Made by a program: the position numbers and the translations under genes
Part shown: one piece after another, positions 30,325 to 39,423 of the stretch
Layout of the letters: each line of letters begins with the position of its first letter
Position numbering within the stretch: the stretch's first letter is position 1
Assembly: GCA_045604405.1 (NCBI GenBank)
Contig: JAZUNZ010000047.1
Span: forward strand, 14,663-78,662
Reading direction: 5' to 3'
Origin: Clostridia bacterium
Lineage (GTDB): Bacteria > Bacillota > Clostridia > TANB77 > CAG-465
Length of the DNA stretch: 64,000 nucleotides
Notes under the pieces: generated by a model
Database searches by the model: none
Told to the model about the DNA's origin: nothing
What the model saw: only the letters and a program-made list of their open reading frames with translations

Positions 30325-32016
30325 TTATTTTTTGTATATCGTTGGTAAATTAGATTTGTTTGAGCTGTTATGAGTTGTAGTTTTTCCAAACACTTTATAT
30401 TGTTCTGAAAGGTTAAGCATATTAAATCCATAGCCCCTAGAAGAATATACATAAGAAATAACATGTGGCTTCTCATTTGTAAAACATACAAGATACTTTT
30501 GGGTTTCATATTCAAATACAAATATGGCATCTAGAGGAGTATTTTTTAATTCTTCAAAATTATCCTTAAGTGCGGTGTATAATGCCTCAATATTACCTAT
30601 ATATGTATTTGATGCTGTGGAATTCATTAAATGTTTTAAATTATCTAAAGGTATGTAATTTAATTTATAATTTAAACTTTTACTAAAACCTTGGTTAAGT
30701 CCAGCAACCTCAACAATTCTTATAAACCTTTTATTTGAGTTTAAAAGTATTATAGCAGTGCCTAAATTACTATCTTCTAAATTTGTTACGTTATAAAAAG
30801 AGAAAGAATTAGAGATATCAGCAAAGTCTGTATTTGAAAGTATTTGCTCTATTATAGCGTATTTTATTTTTTGGATTAAGTTTATTCCTGTTACTTCAGT
30901 TTCTGGCATTAACTTAAATAAGATAGTATCACGAATAGTTTTTGTTATTTTTTTGTTTGGAACTATTAAAATATCATTAAAGCGCTTTAATTTACTAGCA
31001 TATTTTATAGAAGAAAGAGAAGAGTTACCTTTAATAATATTATCTGCTAGGATATCTTGGAAGGTTATTAAGCTGTCTTTTAATTCAGTCTCAAGATTTT
31101 CCAAAACCTCAGAAAGACCATAAGTTACTTCTATTTCATCCAAGCTGCTGTTTTCGCTATTATATAAGTTTAATATAACGGAATTAATATTAGCCTCAAT
31201 TGCTTCTTGATCTTTTATTATGATATCTACGTTATTTTTTAATATATTCTTTTTATATTCTATATAATTATCATTTAACTTGTTAGATAAGAAAGCTAAC
31301 TTGTTATATGTGTTATATTTTCTGCTTATATTATCAAAAAGCTTAAGGAATTTTTCTTTATCTGTGAAATCTTTTTTACTAAATACATTATCTAGATATT
31401 TTACAACATTTTTAGAAAATAGCCCGGAGTACAGAAGCTCGCAATCTAAATCTAAAACAAAACAAAGTTCAGATAATAGTTTGCCCTCTAAGCTGTATAG
31501 CTCATTAGCCGATTCGATTTTAAAACCTAAAAAGTCGTGAGAGTGTGTTTTTAAAGTTGGTGTAAGTTGTAGACTAGTAGGTATTAAATTACAAAGCTTA
31601 TATACTAAATTTGCCATTATAGCACGATTTATACCAAAGTTTGTATAAGATAATTTGTAGCTATCTTTACTTAATTTTGTAGTAGAATATCCTATAGTAT
31701 ATACTCCAGGATCAACCTCTGTTGCAGTTAAAGCGTATAGCAAACGTAAATACACAGCAGGAATATTTTTTTCATCCTTTATATACAATTCTTTTTTATT
31801 AGCATCATAATAACCGCTTTTATAATCATACGTATTATTACTTCCGAAACGTATTTCATTAATATTTTCTATAAGCTTATTTATATAATATGAAACCTTA
31901 GAACCAGGAATATATTCAAATTCTACAAGCTTACTAAAAAGTGATTCTACAACGCTTACAAAATAATCACTTGTGTTATATTTTTCTTTAAAGAGTGTCA
32001 AATCTGCCTTACTCAT
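30325..32016 (-). CDS. Large hypothetical protein (563 aa) with no recognisable domain.
   Basis: The strong RBS GGAGGATAAAAATG fixes the start at 32016. Asn/Lys/Tyr-rich. Confidence 0.55.
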   Translation of the reverse strand: MSKADLTLFKEKYNTSDYFVSVVESLFSKLVEFEYIPGSKVSYYINKLIENINEIRFGSNNTYDYKSGYYDANKKELYIKDEKNIPAVYLRLLYALTATEVDPGVYTIGYSTTKLSKDSYKLSYTNFGINRAIMANLVYKLCNLIPTSLQLTPTLKTHSHDFLGFKIESANELYSLEGKLLSELCFVLDLDCELLYSGLFSKNVVKYLDNVFSKKDFTDKEKFLKLFDNISRKYNTYNKLAFLSNKLNDNYIEYKKNILKNNVDIIIKDQEAIEANINSVILNLYNSENSSLDEIEVTYGLSEVLENLETELKDSLITFQDILADNIIKGNSSLSSIKYASKLKRFNDILIVPNKKITKTIRDTILFKLMPETEVTGINLIQKIKYAIIEQILSNTDFADISNSFSFYNVTNLEDSNLGTAIILLNSNKRFIRIVEVAGLNQGFSKSLNYKLNYIPLDNLKHLMNSTASNTYIGNIEALYTALKDNFEELKNTPLDAIFVFEYETQKYLVCFTNEKPHVISYVYSSRGYGFNMLNLSEQYKVFGKTTTHNSSNKSNLPTIYKK

Positions 32017-32250
32017 TTTTATCCTCCGTAAATCCGAAATTTCTTTAATTAATTGTATATCAAAAAAAATAAAAATACAAGTATAAGAATATATTTTATT
32101 TATAAAAGAATGTGCCTCAAAAAGGGATAGCATTGAGTTGTTATCAGTGTAGGCTGTATAGTTTTTCTTTTTCTTACACACAATAAAATATACTTGCAAA
32201 TAATATGTCCTTGTGATAAAATTATATAGTATTAACTAGGAGGAAAGATT

Positions 32251-32496
32251 ATGTTAGCAAAACCAAGTGTAAATGAAGTTATGCCAAAAGTAGGAACAAG
32301 ATATGAACTAGCTATTGCAGTAGCTAAAAGAGCTAGACAAATTGCTGAAAGAAGAATAGAAGAAGGAGACCCAGATATTACTGATACAGTGGATATTGCA
32401 ACAAGAGAAATTGCAGAAGATAAAATTAAAGTGGAAAAGCAAGACGCTGAAGTTGTAAATCAAGATATTATAGTTGAGGATGAAGATATAGTTTAA
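32251..32496 (+). CDS. rpoZ: RNA polymerase omega subunit.
   Basis: YELAIAVAKRARQI motif. Confidence 0.9.
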   Translation: MLAKPSVNEVMPKVGTRYELAIAVAKRARQIAERRIEEGDPDITDTVDIATREIAEDKIKVEKQDAEVVNQDIIVEDEDIV

Positions 32497-32508
32497 TTAG
32501 GAGTAAAT

Positions 32509-33086
32509 CATGAAAAAACGAATGATTTGTATATCTGGAAACATTGCGGTTCGGAAAAACAGAAGTAGCATCAAAGCTTGCAAGTAAATTGGAATATAGA
32601 TTATACAAAGCAAGTGAATCTTTTAGAGAACTTGCAAGAGACAATAATATGGATTTAGTACAGTTCAATGAATATGTCAAATATAATCCAGATATAGATA
32701 AAAATATAGAAGCAAAGACAAAAGAAGTCATAGATAGTAGTAGTGAGATAGTAATAGATGCAAGACTTGGCTTTTATTTGTCTCAGAATGCATTTAGAGT
32801 CTATATGATAGCAGATGAGAATGTTGCATCTAAAAGGCTATTTGAAGCTTCTAAAAATAGAGGTAAGGAAGAAGAATATTCAAGTGTTGAGCAAGCAAAA
32901 GAGGCCATAAAAATAAGAGAGACCTCAGAGCAAGAAAGATACTTGAAACTTTACGGTGTAGACATTCATAATCTAGACAATTATGATTATGTTATAGATA
33001 CAACCAGTATGACTTCTGACGAAGTGACCTCAAAAATAATAAGAGCATATGAAGTATGGTATGCGGCAGATTTTGATGAGGGTTAA
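32509..33086 (+). pseudogene. Cytidylate-kinase-like (AAA/P-loop NMP kinase family) gene with a frameshift inside the Walker A region.
   Basis: ATG 32509 gives MKKRMICISGNIA.., which terminates after 25 codons. The -1 frame continues ..FGKTEVASKLASKLEY.. for 180 aa. The shift falls at gcggttcggaaaaacag (an A5 tract). Confidence 0.5.
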
Positions 33087-33120
33087 TTTTAGCCCTCATT
33101 TATAATAAGGAGGTGAATAT

Positions 33121-35358
33121 ATGATTGCAAAAGTATTAATAGATAATGCTACTAAAAAGCTAAACAAGGTTTATGATTATCTAGTAAATGACAAAGATGA
33201 AGAAAATGTGCAAATTGGAAAAAGAGTCCTAGTAAATTTTGGAAATGGAAAAGGTAGAAGCGTTGAAGGAATAATTGTAAAGTTAGTAGACGATTATAAC
33301 AAAGATATAGAAAAGTTAAAAAGTATAACTCAAATATTGGACAGTGAGAGCTATTTAGATGAAAATAAGCTTAAGCTTGCTAAATGGATATCAAAAATGT
33401 ACTTTTGTAATGTATATACAGCGTTAAAACTTATGCTGCCTCAGTCATCGGACAAATTAAAAGAAAAGAAAATAAATGGAAAACAGATGACAGTAGTAAA
33501 GCTTGCGGTAGAAAGCAAAATTATAGAACAAGATATTGAGAATAAAAAAATTACTAGCGCAAAACACATAAAATTACTACGAGAGTTAATTAATATAGGT
33601 AAAATTCCACTTGAAGATATAATAAATTCACTTGGAATCTCTCGAGCTATAGTAAAAACGGTTGAAGAAAAAGGCTATATAACTTGTTTTAAGGAGGATG
33701 TAGATGTGATAGATTTTTCATCTATTCCTAAAACTAAAAAGCTTATACCAACTGCGGAACAGAAAAAAGTAATAGATAGTCTAATAGATAAAATAAATAT
33801 AGGAAAATTTAATGTATCCCTCCTTTTAGGTGTTACAGGAAGCGGGAAAACTGAGGTATATCTTCAGGCTATAGAAGAATGTTTAAGGCTTAATAAAACG
33901 GCTATAGTACTTGTACCAGAAATATCTTTAACTACCCAAACTAAACGTAGATTTATATCTCGCTTTGGGGATGTAGTATCTGTGCTACATAGTAAGATGA
34001 CGCTTACAGAAAAACAAACAGAATTTAAGAGAATAGTAAAAGGACAAGCCAGAATTGTAATAGGACCCCGTTCTGCGTTATTTGTACCACTTAAAAATAT
34101 AGGCTTAATTGTTATGGATGAAGAACATGATCCAAGCTATGTGTCGCAATCTACACCAAGATATAATACAAAAGAGGTGGCAACTCGTATTGCATATATG
34201 GAAAATGCCGTGTTATTATTAGGTTCGGCTACGCCTGAGATATCCACTATGTATAAGTCCAAAACAGGTAAGATAGATTATTACGAAATGCTACAAAGAC
34301 CTGAAAATATAACTATGCCTAAGATGGAAATTGTAGATATGAAATTGGAAGCAGTAAACAACAAATCTAGGGTTTTATCTAATAGGCTTAAAGAGGAAAT
34401 TGAGAAAAATATTTCAAATAATGAGCAAACGTTTATATATTTAAATAGAAGAGGATTTTCTTCATACATAACGTGTAAAGATTGCGGAAAGGCTATAAGG
34501 TGCCCAAATTGTGATGTGAACTTAACTTATCATAGACAAAATGGTCTTTTGCTATGCCATTATTGCTCATACTGTGAGACTTTAAAGGATACGTGCATGT
34601 ATTGTGGCAGTCAAAATATTGAACTTAGCGGCATAGGAACCGAAAAAGTTGAAAAAGAGTTGTTAGAAACTTTTCCTGGAATAAAGACAGCTAGGATGGA
34701 TATGGATACTACTGTAAAAAGAGGTTCACATGAAGACATATTAGACAAATTTAAACAGGATAATATAGACGTATTAGTTGGAACCCAAATGATAAGTAAA
34801 GGGCATGATATAGAAAATGTAACACTTGTTGGGATAATTAATGCAGATTATAACTTGGGTAATGATTATAATGCATCAGAAAGAACGTTTTCAAATTTGT
34901 TACAAGTTGCTGGACGTGCTGGCAGAGGCTCTAAACCAGGTAGGGTAATAATGCAAGCTTATGACACTGAAAATTATGTGTTAGAAGCTGTGTATAATAA
35001 TTCATATAAATATTTTTATGAAAAGGAAATTAATTTTAGAAAAATGGCAAATTACCCTCCTTATATAGACATAATAGATATAGAGCTTAACGGCAGGTAT
35101 AAAGAGTCAGTTATAAATGATAGCAAAAAATTGCATAGTATATTTGAAAAAAATAATGATGGAAGTATACAAATATATTCTCCAAAGGTGCCATATATAA
35201 GCAGAATAAATGGCAAGTATAGGGTTCAAATAATCCTTAAAGCCAATATAGATACAAAAGTTTTAGATAATATATATGAAAATCTTGAAAAATATGATAA
35301 AATAAAGAATAGGAATGTAAATATTTCAGTAATTAAGAATCCAGTAAAAATGGGTTAG
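33121..35358 (+). CDS. priA: Primosomal protein N' (replication restart helicase).
   Basis: LLLGVTGSGKTEVY Walker A, a DEEH box, and a Cys-rich zinc-binding insert (CKDCG..CPNCD..CHYCS..CMYCGS). Confidence 0.95.
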   Translation: MIAKVLIDNATKKLNKVYDYLVNDKDEENVQIGKRVLVNFGNGKGRSVEGIIVKLVDDYNKDIEKLKSITQILDSESYLDENKLKLAKWISKMYFCNVYTALKLMLPQSSDKLKEKKINGKQMTVVKLAVESKIIEQDIENKKITSAKHIKLLRELINIGKIPLEDIINSLGISRAIVKTVEEKGYITCFKEDVDVIDFSSIPKTKKLIPTAEQKKVIDSLIDKINIGKFNVSLLLGVTGSGKTEVYLQAIEECLRLNKTAIVLVPEISLTTQTKRRFISRFGDVVSVLHSKMTLTEKQTEFKRIVKGQARIVIGPRSALFVPLKNIGLIVMDEEHDPSYVSQSTPRYNTKEVATRIAYMENAVLLLGSATPEISTMYKSKTGKIDYYEMLQRPENITMPKMEIVDMKLEAVNNKSRVLSNRLKEEIEKNISNNEQTFIYLNRRGFSSYITCKDCGKAIRCPNCDVNLTYHRQNGLLLCHYCSYCETLKDTCMYCGSQNIELSGIGTEKVEKELLETFPGIKTARMDMDTTVKRGSHEDILDKFKQDNIDVLVGTQMISKGHDIENVTLVGIINADYNLGNDYNASERTFSNLLQVAGRAGRGSKPGRVIMQAYDTENYVLEAVYNNSYKYFYEKEINFRKMANYPPYIDIIDIELNGRYKESVINDSKKLHSIFEKNNDGSIQIYSPKVPYISRINGKYRVQIILKANIDTKVLDNIYENLEKYDKIKNRNVNISVIKNPVKMG

Positions 35359-35368
35359 AGGAGTAAAT

Positions 35369-35908
35369 ATGGCAATAAGAAATGTAAGATATGATAAAGA
35401 TGAAGTTTTAAGAAAACGTTCAAGAGAAGTTGAAACTATAGATAATAAAATTCGTGAGCTTGCAATAGACATGCTAGATACAATGTACAAATTTGATGGA
35501 GTAGGACTAGCTGCACCTCAAGTTGGTATTCTTAAAAGAATAATAACAATAGATATTGGTGAGGGACCAAAAGTATTAATAAATCCTGTTATAAAAAAGG
35601 CAAGTGGTAAACAAACTGGAGAGGAAGGTTGCTTGAGTTTTCCAAATGTATTTGGAAATGTAGATAGACCGGAAACTCTTATTGTAGAAGCTTTTGATCT
35701 TGATGGAAAGAGGATAAGAATAAAAGCTAAGGATTTGGAAGCGGTTGTATTAAGTCATGAAATAGATCACCTAGACGGTATACTTTTTATAGATAAAGCA
35801 TATGATATGTATACTTTAACAGAGGAAGAAATTATGGCTAGCAAACAAGAAATAGAAAAACAAGAACAACAAGCTAAAAATAAAAAGAATAAAAAAAGTA
35901 AGAGGTAA
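35369..35908 (+). CDS. def: Peptide deformylase.
   Basis: GVGLAAPQVG, EGCLSFP and HEIDHLDG motifs. Confidence 0.95.
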   Translation: MAIRNVRYDKDEVLRKRSREVETIDNKIRELAIDMLDTMYKFDGVGLAAPQVGILKRIITIDIGEGPKVLINPVIKKASGKQTGEEGCLSFPNVFGNVDRPETLIVEAFDLDGKRIRIKAKDLEAVVLSHEIDHLDGILFIDKAYDMYTLTEEEIMASKQEIEKQEQQAKNKKNKKSKR

Positions 35909-35910
35909 AT

Positions 35911-36876
35911 ATGAAAAAACAAGATTTAAGAATTGTTTTTATGGGTACTCCGGATTTTGCAAAGACACATTTAGAAGCATTGGTTAAAAATGACTTTAAT
36001 GTTGTAGGAGTATTTTGTAGAGAGGATAAACCGAAAGGTAGGGGTATGAAGCTTACTCCTCCTCCAGTAAAGGAATATGCTATAGAAAATAACATACCAG
36101 TATACCAGCCGGGAAAAGTAAAAAACAATCCGGCGGTAATGGAAAAATTAAAAGAGTGGAATCCAAACATAATTATAGTTGTAGCATATGGCAGAATATT
36201 GCCTATAGAAATTTTGGAATTCCCAGAGTATGGTTGTATCAATGTTCATGGCTCGATACTTCCAAAATATAGAGGAGCAGCACCAATTCAATGGGCGGTG
36301 ATAAATGGAGATAGAGAAACTGGTGTTACTACAATGTATATGGATGAAGGCATGGATACAGGAGATATGATAACAATATCAAGGGTTGCAATAGAACCTA
36401 AAGACACATATGAGACGGTTCATGACAAATTAATGGCAGTTGGTGCAAAAACATTAGTTGCAGATTTAGAAAGACTTATTCAAAACGGTGGAAAGTTAGA
36501 TAGAGCAAAACAGCCAGATGACTTTACGATAGCACCTATGCTTTCTAAAGACAACTCAAGAATAGACTTTAATGATACTGCAGATTCAATTTGCAACATA
36601 ATACGTGGCACGAATCCATTTCCTGGAGCATGGTGTAAATTGGACGAAGAAAGAACATATAAAGTATATGAAGCAGAACGAGTAGACTATGAGTCAAAAT
36701 ATGAAGCTGAGCTTGGTGAAATAGTAGAGCTTAATGATAAAAAGAATTTGTTTGTAGTTAGATGCAAAGATGGATATGTAAATTTCTTAAAAATTAAAGC
36801 ACCAGGAACAAGACTTATGACAGCAGCAGAATATATCCGTGGTGGCAAGGTTAAAGAAAAGGAAAGATTTAATTAA
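35911..36876 (+). CDS. fmt: Methionyl-tRNA formyltransferase.
   Basis: Formyltransferase fold with conserved N-terminal MGTPDFA and the SILPKYRG region. Confidence 0.93.
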   Translation: MKKQDLRIVFMGTPDFAKTHLEALVKNDFNVVGVFCREDKPKGRGMKLTPPPVKEYAIENNIPVYQPGKVKNNPAVMEKLKEWNPNIIIVVAYGRILPIEILEFPEYGCINVHGSILPKYRGAAPIQWAVINGDRETGVTTMYMDEGMDTGDMITISRVAIEPKDTYETVHDKLMAVGAKTLVADLERLIQNGGKLDRAKQPDDFTIAPMLSKDNSRIDFNDTADSICNIIRGTNPFPGAWCKLDEERTYKVYEAERVDYESKYEAELGEIVELNDKKNLFVVRCKDGYVNFLKIKAPGTRLMTAAEYIRGGKVKEKERFN

Positions 36877-36936
36877 TAAAAAACTACTTAGTGTTATTTA
36901 ACATTAAGTAGTTTTTGCTTTAGTTATATGAAACAA

Positions 36937-37428
36937 TTAAAAATTGTTCATAAGGTCATAAAGCTTATTGATTTTGTGTTCTTGTTCTAATTTGTTTCGC
37001 ATATCATACATGGTGGCGAAGTCATAAGTTGGATTAGCATAGGATTTTACTTGCTCTATGGAAAGTCCGTATAGAAAACCGAATATTATTTCTTGCATTT
37101 GAGACTTGCTAAACTCTGCAGATAAGAATACACAAACTTGTTCCTTGGACAGTCCTTTTTTGTAAGCTTCTCGGATACATTTCATTTGACTTTGCGAAAA
37201 TGCAGATTTAGCATAGTCTTCTATCTGAGACGTGGTCAAGCTGTGTTCGAGACCTAAACGAACTTCGCAGAGTTTACTAGATGAAAGCTCTTTGAGTTGT
37301 TCTTGATGGCTGCGTACAAAGTCTCTAGCATGTTCAGATTCTTGCAACAACTTGTACCAGCGATCATAATCGTCTAATACTATGAGGCGAATTAAATCGC
37401 AAGATACCATCGTAGGGGAAGTATTCAT
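36937..37428 (-). CDS. Hypothetical protein built from about three degenerate 30-35-aa repeats (S.SQM..I...Y..GLS.EQV). GC is elevated.
   Basis: Internal repeats AFSQSQMKCIREAYKKGLSKEQV and EFSKSQMQEIIFGFLYGLSIEQV. The gene sits on the opposite strand, between fmt and rlmN. Confidence 0.45.
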   Translation of the reverse strand: MNTSPTMVSCDLIRLIVLDDYDRWYKLLQESEHARDFVRSHQEQLKELSSSKLCEVRLGLEHSLTTSQIEDYAKSAFSQSQMKCIREAYKKGLSKEQVCVFLSAEFSKSQMQEIIFGFLYGLSIEQVKSYANPTYDFATMYDMRNKLEQEHKINKLYDLMNNF

Positions 37429-37643
37429 ATTTTTACTCCTTAAAAAATTATTTTATCAGTTAGTTATCTTGTCCATGGTATTTTATCACAAATTATGTAA
37501 AATGTAAAGTGGATAGAGAACTGAAAAACAAGTACATGGAGCTTAGAGTTAAACTAAAGTTACTTTACTAAAGTTTTTGCAATCTTCTTGATTATTCCAC
37601 ATTTACATTATATAATATATACATAATTTGAAAGGAATAAGAA

Positions 37644-38678
37644 ATGCTAAATATAAATGAACTAACATTAGAAGAATTAGTAGATTATATAGAGTCTATT
37701 GGTGAAAAGAAATTTCACGCAAAACAGATATTTAAGTGGATTCATAGAGAGCACGTAGCTTCTTTTGACGATATGACAGACATATCTAAATCTCTTAGAG
37801 AAAAATTAAAAGAAAGTGCATATATACTGGATTTAGAAGTATTGCAAGTACAAGTATCTCAAAAAGATGATACACATAAGTTTTTAATTAAGCTTTCAGA
37901 CAATGATGCAATAGAAGCAGTATTTATGAGATATAATCATGGAAACACATTATGTGTTTCTACTCAAGTTGGATGTAAAATGGGGTGCAAATTTTGTGCA
38001 TCTACAAAAAATGGTTGGACAAGAAATCTTCTAGCATCAGAGATAGAAGGACAAATTATTACAGTAGAAAAATACATGAATGAAAAAATATCTAATGTAG
38101 TATATATGGGTATAGGAGAACCATTAGATAATTACGATAATGTAGTAAGGTCTGTAAAATTAATAAATTGTCCAGAGGGTCTAGGTATTGGTGCAAGACA
38201 TATCAGTATTTCTACTTCTGGTTTAGTAGATAATATAAAAAGACTTGCTGACGAAAAGTTACAAGCTACTTTATCCATATCACTTCATGCTGTAACGGAC
38301 GAAAAAAGACGTGAAATTATGCCGGTAGCAAATAAATATAGCATAAAAGAGTTGCTAGATGCTTGTAGATATTATATAATACAAACTGGTAGAAGGATTA
38401 GTTTTGAATTTGCGTTAATAGCAGGTGTTAATGATGATGAGAACACGGCTAGAGATTTAGCAAAACTACTTCGTGGAATGATAGCTCATGTAAATCTAAT
38501 ACCAGTAAACGAAATAGTAAATGGCAAGTACAAAAAAAGTAAACCTCAAGATGTAGATAAATTCATGAATATTTTAAATAGTTCAGGGGTCGTTGCAACA
38601 GTAAGACGTGAACTTGGTTCAGACATTGATGCGGCTTGTGGACAATTAAGACAAAAACATTTGGAAAATGGTAACTAA
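37644..38678 (+). CDS. rlmN: 23S rRNA/tRNA m2A methyltransferase (radical SAM).
   Basis: CKMGCKFC radical-SAM cysteine triad. 344 aa. Confidence 0.93.
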   Translation: MLNINELTLEELVDYIESIGEKKFHAKQIFKWIHREHVASFDDMTDISKSLREKLKESAYILDLEVLQVQVSQKDDTHKFLIKLSDNDAIEAVFMRYNHGNTLCVSTQVGCKMGCKFCASTKNGWTRNLLASEIEGQIITVEKYMNEKISNVVYMGIGEPLDNYDNVVRSVKLINCPEGLGIGARHISISTSGLVDNIKRLADEKLQATLSISLHAVTDEKRREIMPVANKYSIKELLDACRYYIIQTGRRISFEFALIAGVNDDENTARDLAKLLRGMIAHVNLIPVNEIVNGKYKKSKPQDVDKFMNILNSSGVVATVRRELGSDIDAACGQLRQKHLENGN

Positions 38679-38684
38679 AAAGAG

Positions 38685-39410
38685 GTGTTTAATATTTTTT
38701 ATTCTGAGACTAACGTAGGTAAAAAAAGAGAGAATAACGAGGACTATATGTTAACATATAGCCCGCGTCTTGGTGTGGAAATTTATATGGTATTAGACGG
38801 TATAGGCGGAGCAAATAGTGGCGAGGTAGCTTCCAGAACTGCAGCAGAAAAAGTTGTAGAGTATTATAAAGATCATATAAACGATGCCCAAAACATACAA
38901 GAAGTTCTTAAAATGGCAGTAAAATACGCAAACAGATGTGTATATGAAATGAATAAACAAAATAAAACATATAAAGATATGGGAACAACAATATCACTTC
39001 TTTATGTAGATGGAAATGATGGCTATCACATAAGTATTGGTGATACTAGGATATATGAAGTACTAGAAGACAAGATAGAGCAAATTACAGAAGACGATAC
39101 ATATGTAAATGCTCTAGTCAAAGACAATATAATATCTAAAGAAGAGGCAAAAACTCATCCTGAAAGACATGTGCTATTAAGGGCTTTAGGTGTTACGAAG
39201 TCTATTAACTTCGAAGCAAATAAATTAGAAAATATGTATGGAAGAAAGTTCTTGTTATGTACAGATGGACTTACAGGAGCAAATACAGATGAAGAAATTT
39301 TTATGACTATAAACGGTAGTGCTAAGGAAAAGATTTGTACAAATCTTATAAATCTTGCAAATGACAAAGGCGGATATGATAACACTACTGTAATGTATAT
39401 AGAAGTATAA
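38685..39410 (+). CDS. stp: PP2C-family Ser/Thr phosphatase.
   Basis: LDGIGG, DGxxG-type metal-binding motifs. Adjacent to prkC. Confidence 0.9.
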   Translation: MFNIFYSETNVGKKRENNEDYMLTYSPRLGVEIYMVLDGIGGANSGEVASRTAAEKVVEYYKDHINDAQNIQEVLKMAVKYANRCVYEMNKQNKTYKDMGTTISLLYVDGNDGYHISIGDTRIYEVLEDKIEQITEDDTYVNALVKDNIISKEEAKTHPERHVLLRALGVTKSINFEANKLENMYGRKFLLCTDGLTGANTDEEIFMTINGSAKEKICTNLINLANDKGGYDNTTVMYIEV

Positions 39411-39423
39411 AGGGGGATATAAA

